A stretch of 64,000 nt of DNA from Pseudomonadota bacterium (GTDB taxonomy: Bacteria > Pseudomonadota > Gammaproteobacteria > Burkholderiales > Burkholderiaceae_C): positions 3,152 through 67,151 of the forward strand of contig JAZKIR010000020.1 of the NCBI GenBank assembly GCA_040384785.1, written 5' to 3'. The notes below the pieces were generated by a model that was not told where the DNA came from, did not search any database, and saw only the letters and a list, made by a program, of their open reading frames with translations. Shown in pieces: positions 10,092-21,760 of this stretch. Positions within the stretch are counted from its first letter, which is position 1; every line of letters starts with the position of its first letter. Made by a program: the position numbers and the translations under genes.

Positions 10092-10118
10092 AATACCTAA
10101 ATTGCAATGTAAAAAGGA

Positions 10119-10904
10119 ATGAATGTGATGAGTGCTTCCAAAAACTTGGCCCTGTTCCCCAGCCTGCGCGGCCAGCGCGTCTTTATCACGGGCGGCGGAA
10201 CCGGCATTGGCGCGGCCATCGTCGCGGCTTTTGCCGAGCAGGGCGCCCAGGTCGCCTTCGTCGATGTGGCCGAGGCCGAGAGTGATGCGCTGGCACGCTC
10301 GCTGGCCGACGCGGGGCATCCGGCGCCCTGGTGGCGTGTTTGTGACGTGCGGGATGTGGCGGCGCTGAAGGCCGCTGTTGATGCCGCCACCGCGGAGTTG
10401 GGAGACTTTTCAACCCTGGTCAACAACGTGGCGCGGGATGACCGCCACACGCTGGAATCGGTGACACCGGAGTACTGGGACGAGCGCATGGCGGTCAACC
10501 AGCGCCCCGCCTTTTTTGCCATCCAGGCCATCGTGCCGGGCATGCGCCGCTTGGGCGGCGGCTCGGTCGTCAACATCGGCTCGACCGGCTGGCAATCCAA
10601 GGGCAGTGAATACCCCTGTTATGCCATCGCCAAGTCATCGGTCAATGGTTTGACGCGGGGGCTGGCAGGCAGCCTGGGGCGCGACCGCATCCGGGTCAAC
10701 ACCGTGTCGCCAGGCTGGGTCATGACCGAGCGCCAGATCAAGATGTGGCTCGACGCGGAGGGCGAAGAAGCCATCAAGCGCAACCAGTGCCTGCCCGACA
10801 AGCTGCAACCCTCGGACGTGGCCCGCATGGTGCTGTTCCTGGCCTCGGACGACGCCGCCATGTGCACCGCGCAGGAGTTCAAGGTGGATGCGGGTTGGAA
10901 TTAG
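10119..10904 (+). CDS. SDR aldose 1-dehydrogenase (Caulobacter XylB-like; probable L-arabinose/D-galactose dehydrogenase)
   Basis: FPSLRGQRVFITGGGTGIG, NNVARDDRH, YAIAK, VMTERQ and FLASDD motifs. Confidence 0.8.
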   Translation: MNVMSASKNLALFPSLRGQRVFITGGGTGIGAAIVAAFAEQGAQVAFVDVAEAESDALARSLADAGHPAPWWRVCDVRDVAALKAAVDAATAELGDFSTLVNNVARDDRHTLESVTPEYWDERMAVNQRPAFFAIQAIVPGMRRLGGGSVVNIGSTGWQSKGSEYPCYAIAKSSVNGLTRGLAGSLGRDRIRVNTVSPGWVMTERQIKMWLDAEGEEAIKRNQCLPDKLQPSDVARMVLFLASDDAAMCTAQEFKVDAGWN

Positions 10905-10944
10905 TAGGCCTAGCTGTAGGCCATGTGCGCGTACTTAACAAATC

Positions 10945-11030
10945 CCCGTTCGGGCTGAGCCCTTCGACGGGCTCAGGACGGGCCTTGTCGAAGCCGTCGT
11001 GAGCCCTTCGACAAGCTCAGGGCGAACGGG
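10945..11030. repeat. Palindromic REP/MITE-like element, copy 3
   Basis: CCGTTCGGGCTGAGC...GCTCAGGGCGAACGG core between convergent genes; TTAA on both outer flanks. Confidence 0.85.
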
Positions 11031-11089
11031 GGTTAGGCGAACCGCAATCGTTAACTGGCCGCTCACGCCCCGTCGGGATTAATCCTTAT

Positions 11090-12067
11090 TCAGGGAGCCG
11101 CCTCATCAGCCGCCATGTCCAGCTGTTTGCCATACACCGTGATTGCCGAGGCCTTCAGCGCGCGCAGCATGACCTTGGCGGCGGGCGACAACAAGCGGTC
11201 GCGGCGGGTGATGATGCCGAAGGCGTCCATCTGGCAGGGCAGGGCCATGGGCAGTATGGCCAGCAAGCCGTGGTCCGCGTAGTAGCGCGCCACATCGGTG
11301 GCCATCACGCTGAGCATGTCGCTTTGTTGCAGCATCTTGGTGGTGAACAGCAGTGACGCGGTCTCGATCACATTGTTGGGCGCCCGGAACCCCTCTTCCT
11401 GGAACATCAGATCAAACCGGTGCCGCAGCACGCTGCCGCTGGGCGGCACGATCCAGCCGCAATCCACCACATCGCCCAGAGAAGGCGTGGGGCCGGTGAA
11501 CAAGGGGTGGCCCGGGCGGGCCACCGCACATACCGGCTCGTCCGTCAGCATCTCGTAGCGCAGGTCGGCCTTTTCGTGCTGCGCAAACAGGCGCGCAACC
11601 AGGATGTCGAGCTTGCCCTGGTTCAGGCGCTCGATGAGGATGTCGCTGGTCTCGATCTGCAGCGCTATCTGCAGGTTGGCATGCTCCCGCTTGACCAGCG
11701 CAATCGCGGTCGGCAATAACGCGAGGCCAGGGGCGGTGATGGCGCCGACATTCACCTGGCCGAATTGCCCGCTTTTCGCCGCCTGAAGCTCCTCGTGCGC
11801 CTGGTTCAGGCTGCTCAGCGCCACCCGCGCGTGGCGGATCATGGTGTCTCCGTACCAAGTGGGGCGCATGCCACGGGGCAGGCGCTCGAACAGCGATACT
11901 TCCAGCGCGTCTTCCAGATCCTTGAGCAGTTTGGATGCGGCGGGCTGCGTCATGTTCAGCACTTCAGCCGCCCGGTGGATGTTTCCCTCTTCCGCCAGGG
12001 TGACCAACAGCAACAGTTGCCGGGTTTTGAGCCGTGCCCGAAGAAACCAGTGGATGTTATTTGTCAT
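11090..12067 (-). CDS. LysR family regulator (GbpR-like), divergent from chvE
   Basis: LysR HTH; arrangement resembles gbpR-chvE. Confidence 0.9.
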   Translation of the reverse strand: MTNNIHWFLRARLKTRQLLLLVTLAEEGNIHRAAEVLNMTQPAASKLLKDLEDALEVSLFERLPRGMRPTWYGDTMIRHARVALSSLNQAHEELQAAKSGQFGQVNVGAITAPGLALLPTAIALVKREHANLQIALQIETSDILIERLNQGKLDILVARLFAQHEKADLRYEMLTDEPVCAVARPGHPLFTGPTPSLGDVVDCGWIVPPSGSVLRHRFDLMFQEEGFRAPNNVIETASLLFTTKMLQQSDMLSVMATDVARYYADHGLLAILPMALPCQMDAFGIITRRDRLLSPAAKVMLRALKASAITVYGKQLDMAADEAAP

Positions 12068-12217
12068 ATGCGGGTTTTCAATGATTCTAAAATTGGCATC
12101 ACAACTGCGCTAAACAGTATTAGAAAATTATCACTCAGATCCGTATCATCGGGCCTCTTCGCCAAAAAGGCAAAGATGACTGAAATCAAAACCAATCCTT
12201 CTCAGGAGACAAAAACC

Positions 12218-13294
12218 GTGAAAGCTCGTAGAACCACACTCAAGGCACTGGCCGCCGGCTTGGCGCTGGGTCTCGCCTTTGGGGCGCCCATGGCCCAGGC
12301 GCAGGACAAAGGCACCGTTGGCGTTGCCATGCCGACCAAAAGCTCCACGCGTTGGATCAGCGACGGCAACAGCATGGTTGCGGCTTTGGCCGCCAAGGGC
12401 TACAAAACCGATCTGCAATACGCCGATGACGACATCCCCAACCAGTTGGCGCAAATCGAGAACATGATCACCAAGGGTGTGAAGGTGCTGGTCATCGCGG
12501 CGATTGATGGCAGCACGCTGTCCAATGCGCTGCAAAAGGCGGCAGACAAGGGTGTCAAGGTTGTGGCCTATGACCGCCTGATCGTTGGCAGCAAGAATGT
12601 GGATTACTACGCGACCTTTGACAATTTCCAGGTCGGCGTGTTGCAAGCCCAGTCCATCGAAAAGGCCCTGGGCCTGAAAGAGGGCAAGGGCCCGTTCAAT
12701 ATCGAACTCTTCGGTGGTTCGGCTGACGACAACAACGCCTTCTTCTTCTACGACGGCGCCATGTCTGTGTTGCAGCCCTACATCGACAAGGGCAAGCTGG
12801 TGGTGCAGAGCAAGCAGCTGGGCATGAACAAGGTCTCCACCCTGCGCTGGGACGGCGCAGTGGCCCAGTCCCGCATGGACAATTTGCTGAGCGCCTACTA
12901 CGGCAAGGCCCGTGTGGACGCCGTGTTGTCGCCGTATGACGGGTTGAGCATCGGCATTTTGTCGTCGCTCAAAGGCGTCGGCTACGGCAGCGCCACACAG
13001 CCCTATCCTTTTGTGAGCGGACAGGATGCCGAGGTGCCATCCGTCAAGTCCATCATTCGCAAAGAGCAGTACTCCACCGTCTTCAAGGACACCCGCGAAC
13101 TGGCCAAGGTCACCGCCAACATGGTGGACGCCATGATGGCCGGCAAGACGGTTGAGATCAATGACACCAAGACCTACAACAACAAGGTCAAGGTTGTTCC
13201 CTCGTATCTGCTGAAACCGGTCAGCGTGGACCTGTCCAACTACAAGACAGTTCTCGTCGGCAGTGGCTACATCAAAGAAGAGCAGTTGAAGTAA
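12218..13294 (+). CDS. chvE: Multiple monosaccharide ABC transporter substrate-binding protein ChvE/SbpA
   Basis: [26 protein letters not shown] and SGQDAE motifs; GTG start after AGGAG. Confidence 0.9.
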   Translation: MKARRTTLKALAAGLALGLAFGAPMAQAQDKGTVGVAMPTKSSTRWISDGNSMVAALAAKGYKTDLQYADDDIPNQLAQIENMITKGVKVLVIAAIDGSTLSNALQKAADKGVKVVAYDRLIVGSKNVDYYATFDNFQVGVLQAQSIEKALGLKEGKGPFNIELFGGSADDNNAFFFYDGAMSVLQPYIDKGKLVVQSKQLGMNKVSTLRWDGAVAQSRMDNLLSAYYGKARVDAVLSPYDGLSIGILSSLKGVGYGSATQPYPFVSGQDAEVPSVKSIIRKEQYSTVFKDTRELAKVTANMVDAMMAGKTVEINDTKTYNNKVKVVPSYLLKPVSVDLSNYKTVLVGSGYIKEEQLK

Positions 13295-13350
13295 GCACTG
13301 CAGTAGGCCGCATGGCATAGCCCGCGGCCGCGAACAAACAACGCCCTGAA

Positions 13351-13493
13351 GGCAACGCTGAACAAGTACCACCGTTCGGGCTGAGCTAGTCGAAGCCCTC
13401 TGCAAGTCTTTGATTTGTATGGGCTGCGTTTCGACCCTTCGTCAAGCTCAGGACGGGCCAGGCTCAACGCGAACGGACTTAGTCAGCGAAGCC
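13351..13493. mobile_element. 143-bp MITE, copy 4 (GGCAACGCTGA...TCAGCGAAGCC terminal inverted repeats)
   Basis: 11-bp imperfect TIRs flanked by TGAA/TTAA; same length and nearly the same sequence as 41030-41172. Confidence 0.75.
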
Positions 13494-13506
13494 TTAAGAC
13501 AGATCA

Positions 13507-13528
13507 GAGGACGGCGCAAGCCGTCCTC
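13507..13528 (+). terminator. Stem-loop after chvE
   Basis: GAGGACGGC-GCAA-GCCGTCCTC with a T-rich tract shortly downstream. Confidence 0.55.
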
Positions 13529-13622
13529 CGGGGACCCTTTTTCTTAAATTTATGCATTTGCGGGACAGACCGCAGCTACGCGCAGCGAGCCAGCTCTGTC
13601 CTCAACACTTTAGAGACCCATC

Positions 13623-14804
13623 ATGAAACACATTTTCTCCATCAGCGCCATTGCGCTGGCCACCACCCTGTGCGCCGCTGGTGCCCACGCTGACGACGGC
13701 AGCTTCGAGTTCCACGGCTACTCCCGCGGTGGCCCTGTGAGCCCCTCGGACGGTATCAAGGGCCGCTTCCAGCTCGGCGGCGACACACAAGGCTACCGCC
13801 TGGGCAACGAAGGCGACAACGGCATCGAGATCGAGCTGAGCAAGACCTTCAAGACCGACGCCGCCAACTACAGGGTCCTGTACATGCCCGCCAAGTGGGG
13901 CAGCGGAAACGTGGGCACCGAGCAGGCCTTTGTCGAAATCGGCGGCATGGGCTTCTCGCCACAGTCCAAGTTCTGGGTTGGTCAGCGCCGCCTGCGGATC
14001 CAGGACGTGCACATCGTTGATTACTTTTTGATGAACTACGGTGACAACCAGGGCGCCGGTGTGACCGATATCCCGATTGGCGGCGCCAAGCTGGGCCTGG
14101 GTGTGTTCACCGGCGACAAGTTTGACACCCCCGCAGCGACGGGTGTCAACGCTACGCGTTTTAATGCCGACATTTCCGAGATCGGTATCAACCCCGGCGG
14201 CAAGTTGCGCGTATTGCTGACCGGCGTCAACGGTACGGGCCTTGCCAACAGCACCACCGGCTCCGGCATCTCCGTGTCGCACAACCAGAGCGACTTTCTG
14301 GTTAAAGGCATGAGCAATGCTCTGTTCCTGCAAACCTCCACGGGCCACGCCCGCATCGATGGCGAGTTCCTGAACATCGACGGTGTGGCCGGTGGCCAGA
14401 AGGTCACCCGCATTGCCGACTCTTTGGGTTGGCAACTGGGCGCCTTTGGTGGCCAGACCCTGCTGAGCTACCAGATCAACAAGGACGACGTGACCGGCAT
14501 CGAGACCAAGGACACCTCCATCGGTGGCCGTATCTCGTACGCGTTCTCCAAGAATTTCAAACTCTTGGTCGACGCTGCAACGACAACCCGCACCGGCAAT
14601 GGCCCGGACCAGCGCCTGGACAAGTTGACGATTGCACCCACACTGTCGGTCGGTCCTGATTTCTATGCCCGCCCAGAGTTGCGTTTGTATGTGACCATGG
14701 CAAACTGGAATGATGCAGCGGGTGCGGCCAACGCCAGCAGCTTTGGTGCAGGCGGCAAGACTGCGCGCACCGTTGCGGGCATCCAATACGAGATCTGGTG
14801 GTAA
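13623..14804 (+). CDS. lamB: LamB/maltoporin-family carbohydrate porin
   Basis: Signal peptide; FHGYSR, YRLGNE, KFWVGQR, RPELRLY motifs; C-terminal QYEIWW. Confidence 0.85.
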   Translation: MKHIFSISAIALATTLCAAGAHADDGSFEFHGYSRGGPVSPSDGIKGRFQLGGDTQGYRLGNEGDNGIEIELSKTFKTDAANYRVLYMPAKWGSGNVGTEQAFVEIGGMGFSPQSKFWVGQRRLRIQDVHIVDYFLMNYGDNQGAGVTDIPIGGAKLGLGVFTGDKFDTPAATGVNATRFNADISEIGINPGGKLRVLLTGVNGTGLANSTTGSGISVSHNQSDFLVKGMSNALFLQTSTGHARIDGEFLNIDGVAGGQKVTRIADSLGWQLGAFGGQTLLSYQINKDDVTGIETKDTSIGGRISYAFSKNFKLLVDAATTTRTGNGPDQRLDKLTIAPTLSVGPDFYARPELRLYVTMANWNDAAGAANASSFGAGGKTARTVAGIQYEIWW

Positions 14805-14819
14805 GTTTTTAGGTATTGA

Positions 14820-14974
14820 GGCTTTGCTGATTATTGAGAGTTCCGTATTTCAAGACACCGTTCGGGCTGAGCTTGGCCTGCCATGAGCCTGTCGAATGGT
14901 CGAAGCCTTTGAGCCCTTCGACAGGCTCAGGGCGAACGGAAAGGATTTCGTCGTGAAATTCGGAGGAATCAATA
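14820..14974. repeat. Palindromic REP/MITE-like element, copy 5
   Basis: Left end GGCTTTGCTGATTATTGAGAGTTCC, shared core, right end GGAATCAATA. Confidence 0.8.
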
Positions 14975-15005
14975 TTTAGGTTTTCTCGGGGGTTAGGCGT
15001 TTATA

Positions 15006-15032
15006 GGGCGGTCCTTCGGCCGCCCTTTTTTT
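15006..15032 (+). terminator. Intrinsic terminator-like hairpin between lamB and gguA
   Basis: GGGCGG-TCCTTCGG-CCGCCC followed by a T7 run. Confidence 0.6.
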
Positions 15033-15050
15033 ACGGATACTTGGGGCACT

Positions 15051-16583
<1,533 letters not shown>

Positions 16584-16584
16584 C

Positions 16585-17778
16585 ATGGCAACCCCAAGCG
16601 TAGCCGCTGTGCCCGCCCAACCCAAGAGCCACGCGGGCTTTCTCAAAAACAACTTGCGTGACTACGGTCTGCTGATCTCCCTGGTCGCCATCATGGTGTT
16701 CTTCCAGGTGATGACCAATGGCACGTTGTTCCAACCCCTGAACCTGACCAACCTGATCCTGCAAAACAGCTACATCATCGTCATGGCGCTGGGCATGCTG
16801 CTGGTCATCGTGGCAGGGCACATCGACCTGTCGGTGGGCTCGGTCAGCGGTTTTGTGGGCGCTGTGGCCGCCGTGCTGATGGTCGAATACAAGCTGCACT
16901 ATGTGCCCGCCGCGCTGATTTGTTTGACGCTGGGTGCGGTCATCGGTGCGGCGCAAGGTTATTGGGTGGCGTTCCACAAAATCCCCTCGTTCATCGTCAC
17001 GCTGGCCGGCATGCTGGTGTTCAAGGGGCTGGCGCTGGCCGTGCTGGGTGGTTCGTCCGTGGGGCCGTTCCCGCCAGAGTTCCAACTGTTGAGCACCGGC
17101 TTTATTCCAGACCCCTTCGCCGGCGAGAGCCTGCGTGTTGCTTCACTGGTGGCCGGCCTGCTGATGGCACTGGTGCTGCTGGTTGTCAAGGTGCGGGGCC
17201 GGGCCGAGCGCATCAAGCACGGCATGGACAACGAGCCCTACGCCTTCTTCATCGTCAAGAACCTGGTGTTCGCCGCCATGATCGCGGCCTTCAGCTACCT
17301 GTTGTCCACCTACAAGGGCCTGCCCAATGTGTTGATCGTCATGCTGCTGCTGATGCTGCTGTATGACTTTGTGACCTCCAGAACCACGATTGGCCGGCGC
17401 ATTTATGCGCTGGGCGGCAACGAGAAAGCGGCACGCCTGTCGGGCATCAAGACCGAGCGCCTGGCCTTCTACACCTTCATCAACATGGGCGTGCTGGCGG
17501 CGCTGGCCGGTCTGATTTTTGCAGCGCGCCTGAACACGGCAACACCCAAGGCCGGCCTCGGCTTTGAACTGGACGTGATTGCCGCCTGTTTCATTGGTGG
17601 TGCCTCGGCATCGGGTGGCGTGGGCAAGGTGCTGGGCGCCGTCATTGGCGCCTTCATCATGGGTGTCATGAACAACGGCATGTCGATCATGGGTATCGGC
17701 ATCGACTACCAGCAGGTCATCAAAGGGCTGGTGCTGTTGGCGGCTGTGTGTGTCGACGTCTACAACAAAAACAAATAG
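16585..17778 (+). CDS. gguB: Sugar ABC transporter permease GguB/MmsB
   Basis: [24 protein letters not shown] and FELDVIAA motifs. Confidence 0.92.
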   Translation: MATPSVAAVPAQPKSHAGFLKNNLRDYGLLISLVAIMVFFQVMTNGTLFQPLNLTNLILQNSYIIVMALGMLLVIVAGHIDLSVGSVSGFVGAVAAVLMVEYKLHYVPAALICLTLGAVIGAAQGYWVAFHKIPSFIVTLAGMLVFKGLALAVLGGSSVGPFPPEFQLLSTGFIPDPFAGESLRVASLVAGLLMALVLLVVKVRGRAERIKHGMDNEPYAFFIVKNLVFAAMIAAFSYLLSTYKGLPNVLIVMLLLMLLYDFVTSRTTIGRRIYALGGNEKAARLSGIKTERLAFYTFINMGVLAALAGLIFAARLNTATPKAGLGFELDVIAACFIGGASASGGVGKVLGAVIGAFIMGVMNNGMSIMGIGIDYQQVIKGLVLLAAVCVDVYNKNK

Positions 17779-17790
17779 GAAGGAAGAGAC

Positions 17791-18753
17791 ATGTCATCGT
17801 CAACCATGACCCCATCACAAACTCCGCTATCCCCACTATCCCCGCGCTATCGAGGCGTCTTCCCGGTCGTTCCCACCATCTTCACGGCGCAGGGTGAGCT
17901 GGACCTGCCGGGCCAGAAGCGCTGTGTCGATTTCATGATCGATGCGGGCTCCACCGGCATTTGCATATTGGCCAATTTTTCGGAGCAGTTCTCGCTGTCG
18001 GATGCGGAACGCGAAGTTTTGACCACGACGATTCTGGACCACGTCGCCGGGCGCGTGCCCGTCATCGTGACCACCACCCACTATGGCACGCAGGTCTGCG
18101 CCCAGCGCAGCCGCCGCGCACAGGATGCTGGAGCGTCCATGGTCATGGTGATGCCGCCCTACCATGGCGCGACGATCCGTGTGTCGGAAGAAAAGGTGTT
18201 CGAGTTTTATGCCGGTGTGTCGGACGCCATCACCATTCCCATCATGGTCCAGGATGCGCCGGTCAGTGGCACGGCCCTGAGCGCCGCCTTTCTGGCCCGC
18301 ATGGCGAAGGAAATTGAACAAGTTTCCTATTTCAAGATCGAGACCGCCAACGCGGCCTCTAAATTGCGCGAACTGATACGCCTGGGTGGCGCGGCCATTG
18401 AAGGTCCTTGGGACGGTGAAGAAGCGATCACGCTGCTGCCCGATCTGGATGCCGGTGCCACCGGCGCCATGACCGGGGGCGCCTACCCCGACGGCATACG
18501 CAGCATCGTGGATGCCTATGCCGCCGGCCAGCGCGAAGAGGCCGTTGCCCAGTACCAGCGCTGGCTGCCGTTGATCAACTACGAGAACCGCCAGGGCGGA
18601 ATTTTGACCGCCAAGGCCTTGATGCTGGCAGGCGGCATCATTGCCAGTGATGCACCGCGCCATCCGTTTCCGACCATGCAGGCCGACGTGCGTGCGGGCT
18701 TGCTGGAGGCGGCGCGGCGCCTGGACCCCATGGTCCTGCGTTGGGGAAAGTAG
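17791..18753 (+). CDS. araD: 2-keto-3-deoxy-L-arabinonate dehydratase (DHDPS family, Azospirillum AraD type)
   Basis: GVFPVVPT, ILANFSEQF, YFKIET, GPWDGEEAITLL and LDPMVLRW match the L-KDA dehydratase family. Confidence 0.85.
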   Translation: MSSSTMTPSQTPLSPLSPRYRGVFPVVPTIFTAQGELDLPGQKRCVDFMIDAGSTGICILANFSEQFSLSDAEREVLTTTILDHVAGRVPVIVTTTHYGTQVCAQRSRRAQDAGASMVMVMPPYHGATIRVSEEKVFEFYAGVSDAITIPIMVQDAPVSGTALSAAFLARMAKEIEQVSYFKIETANAASKLRELIRLGGAAIEGPWDGEEAITLLPDLDAGATGAMTGGAYPDGIRSIVDAYAAGQREEAVAQYQRWLPLINYENRQGGILTAKALMLAGGIIASDAPRHPFPTMQADVRAGLLEAARRLDPMVLRWGK

Positions 18754-18760
18754 GCACCGC

Positions 18761-19930
18761 ATGTCCATGAATCCGGTGATCGCTACATTGGGGCGCCGAC
18801 TGCGGCTGGCAGTGATTGGTGGTGGGCCAGGGTCGTTCATCGGCGCCATGCACCGGCAAGCGGCGCGGCTGGATGACCGTTATGAACTGGTGGCCGCCGC
18901 GCTGTCTTCCGACCCGGTGAAATCCGTCGATGCCGGGCGTGCAATCGGTCTGCCCCCTGAGCGCTGTTATGCCAGCGGCATGGACCTGCTGGCAGCGGAG
19001 CAAGGCCATGCCCATGGTGCCGAGGTGGTGGCCATCATGACGCCCAACGACAGCCATTTCACGTTTGCCATGGCTGCGCTGGAGCGGGGTTTCGACGTCA
19101 TTTGCGACAAACCCATGACCAACACGGTGGAAGAGGCCGAACGACTGCACCAGCGGGTGCTGGACACCGGCCTGGTGTTTTGTTTGACGCACAACTACAC
19201 CGGTTATCCGATGGTGCGCCAGGCCCGCGCCATGGTCGCCGACGGTCAGTTGGGTGCCATCCGCCTGGTGCAGGTGGAATACGTCCAGGGTGGCCGCGCC
19301 AAGGCCGGGCCGGGGCGTTGCGCCTGGAAAGACGACCCTGTGCGGGGCGGCCCGTCACTGGTGATGGGCGATATCGGCACCCACGCACACAACCTGCTGC
19401 GTTTCATCACCGGGCTCGAAGTGTCACAGGTCGCCGCCGAGGTGGGCACCATCGTCCCGGAGCGAACCACCGATGACTACGCCGGCGCCATGCTGCGCCT
19501 GGACAACGGCGCGCGTGGCAGCTTTTGGGTGACCCAGGCTGCCGCGGGTGTGGAGAACGGTTTGCGCATCCGTGTCAGCGGTGAACTGGGTAGCCTGGAA
19601 TGGATGCAGGAGATGCCGCAGGCGCTGAGCTTCAAACCACTGGGCGCACCAGCGCAAAACAGAACACCCAATGGCCCGGGAACCTTGCCACTGGCCGCGC
19701 GTGCCTCACGCGTTGCGGCGGGGCACCCCGAAGGCTTTCACGAGGCTTTTGCCAACCTGTACTCGGATGCGGCCGAAGCCATTGCCGCACGCCGATCGGG
19801 GCAATCTGCCGACCCCCTGGCGCGGCACTTCCCGAATGCGTTGGACGGTTTGCTGGGCGTTCGATTCGTAGCCAGCGTCATCCAGTCCAGCCAAAACGGC
19901 AGCGCGTGGACACCTTGCACGCGACCGTGA
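18761..19930 (+). CDS. Gfo/Idh/MocA family oxidoreductase
   Basis: GGGPGSFIG, ICDKP, HNYTGYPMV and DIGTHA motifs. Confidence 0.88.
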   Translation: MSMNPVIATLGRRLRLAVIGGGPGSFIGAMHRQAARLDDRYELVAAALSSDPVKSVDAGRAIGLPPERCYASGMDLLAAEQGHAHGAEVVAIMTPNDSHFTFAMAALERGFDVICDKPMTNTVEEAERLHQRVLDTGLVFCLTHNYTGYPMVRQARAMVADGQLGAIRLVQVEYVQGGRAKAGPGRCAWKDDPVRGGPSLVMGDIGTHAHNLLRFITGLEVSQVAAEVGTIVPERTTDDYAGAMLRLDNGARGSFWVTQAAAGVENGLRIRVSGELGSLEWMQEMPQALSFKPLGAPAQNRTPNGPGTLPLAARASRVAAGHPEGFHEAFANLYSDAAEAIAARRSGQSADPLARHFPNALDGLLGVRFVASVIQSSQNGSAWTPCTRP

Positions 19931-19970
19931 TTCTTTTTTTTATCTACCACCCACAACACGCTTCAACACC

Positions 19971-21416
19971 ATGACACTGCCACAACACAACAACCTCATA
20001 GCAGGTGAATGGGTCGCCTCCAGCCACTACGCGCCCAACATCAACCCGTCGAATCTGGAGGATGTGATTGGGGAATATGCACAAGCCGATGCCGCGCAGC
20101 TGAACGATGCAGTTGCCGCCGCACAGCGTGCTTTCCCTGCTTGGGCCACCGGCGGCATCCAGGCGCGCTCCGATGCACTCGACAAAATCGGCAGCGAAAT
20201 TTTGGCCCGCAAAGAGGAGCTGGGCACGCTGCTGGCCCGGGAGGAAGGCAAGACCCGCGCGGAAGGCATTGGCGAGGTCACCCGCGCCGGCAATATCTTC
20301 AAGTTCTTTGCTGGCGAGTGCCTGCGTTTGGCAGGCGAGGTTTTGCCATCGGTACGCCCCGGCATCGCGGTTGAAGTGACCCGCGAGCCCATGGGTGTTG
20401 TGGGTTTGATCACGCCCTGGAATTTCCCCATTGCGATCCCGGCCTGGAAGATTGCGCCCGCATTGGCCTATGGCAATTGCGTGGTGTTCAAGCCGGCCGA
20501 CATAGTGCCCGGATGCGCCTGGGCGCTGGCCGAGATCATCAGCCGCAGCGGCATTCCCGCCGGTGTTTTCAATTTGGTCATGGGCCGGGGCAGCGTGATT
20601 GGCGACCCGCTGGTGAACCACCCCGGCATTGCCGCGGTGAGCTTCACCGGATCGGTGGGTGTGGGCCAGCGTATTGCGCAGGCCTGTGCACTGAACATGA
20701 AGAAGGTCCAGTTGGAGATGGGCGGCAAGAACCCCCAAGTGGTGCTGGACGATGCGGACTTGGCGACTGCTGTGGAACTCAGCGTGCAGAGTTGTTTTTA
20801 TTCGACGGGCCAGCGCTGCACCGCATCGAGCCGCCTGATCGTGACCGACCGCATTTACCCGGAATTCATCGCCGCCATGCAACGCCGCATGGCCAGCATC
20901 CAGGTCGGTGATGCCTGCCAGACAGGAGTCGATATTGGCCCCGTCGCCTCACAGGCGCAGCTGGAGCAGGATCTGTCGTACGTGGAAATCGGCAAGGCTG
21001 AAGGCGCACAACTGCTGGTGGGCGGCGAACGACTGACACGGCCCACCGATGGTTTCTACATGGCGCCCGCGCTGTTTGTAGACAGCACTGCGAGCATGCG
21101 CATCAACCGCGAAGAGATCTTTGGCCCTGTGGCCAGCGTGATCCGCGTCAAGGACTATGAAGAAGCCTTGGCGGTTGCCAACGACACACCGTTTGGTCTT
21201 TCGGCTGGCATTGCCACGACCTCGCTCAAATACGCGACCCATTTCAAGCGCCACGCACAAGCAGGCATGGTCATGGTGAACCTGCCCACCGCCGGTGTGG
21301 ACTACCACGTGCCATTTGGCGGGCGCAAGGGTTCTAGTTATGGCTCGCGTGAGCAGGGAAAATACGCGCAGGAGTTTTTCACGACGGTGAAGACGGCGTA
21401 TGTGATGGGTGGGTAG
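19971..21416 (+). CDS. Aldehyde dehydrogenase (probable alpha-ketoglutaric semialdehyde dehydrogenase)
   Basis: ITPWNFP, FTGS, LEMGGKNP, GQRCTA and EIFGPV motifs; last gene of the arabinose operon. Confidence 0.85.
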   Translation: MTLPQHNNLIAGEWVASSHYAPNINPSNLEDVIGEYAQADAAQLNDAVAAAQRAFPAWATGGIQARSDALDKIGSEILARKEELGTLLAREEGKTRAEGIGEVTRAGNIFKFFAGECLRLAGEVLPSVRPGIAVEVTREPMGVVGLITPWNFPIAIPAWKIAPALAYGNCVVFKPADIVPGCAWALAEIISRSGIPAGVFNLVMGRGSVIGDPLVNHPGIAAVSFTGSVGVGQRIAQACALNMKKVQLEMGGKNPQVVLDDADLATAVELSVQSCFYSTGQRCTASSRLIVTDRIYPEFIAAMQRRMASIQVGDACQTGVDIGPVASQAQLEQDLSYVEIGKAEGAQLLVGGERLTRPTDGFYMAPALFVDSTASMRINREEIFGPVASVIRVKDYEEALAVANDTPFGLSAGIATTSLKYATHFKRHAQAGMVMVNLPTAGVDYHVPFGGRKGSSYGSREQGKYAQEFFTTVKTAYVMGG

Positions 21417-21554
21417 ATAGGGTTCTGTTGGGGCGTCTGAGGCGACCGCGCTGAAAAATAGCTCCCGACCCCATTGCAGAAGTAGCCACCGATTAGGTGG
21501 CCGTGTGACGCCGATATTCGAGTGTTTGCAAAAATACATTCCCAATGACCAAGC

Positions 21555-21573
21555 AAAGGACGCCCCGTCCTTT
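21555..21573. terminator. Possible bidirectional terminator at the island boundary
   Basis: AAAGGACG-CCC-CGTCCTTT perfect hairpin between convergent transcription units. Confidence 0.45.
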
Positions 21574-21760
21574 GGTGATAGTCGGTGATGGCCCTAGTCT
21601 GTGCCATTCCTTCACTAGCGGCAATATTGACTTATCGACAGTTAGCTGACTTTGTTGGCAAGTCACCCGTATTGAACGTAATGAGCGCCAACAGGCTGGC
21701 GCCTCGTAGCAATTGACCTCTGCCAAGTTCCGGCAGTCAGTGCAAGCAAATGCGCTGCCC

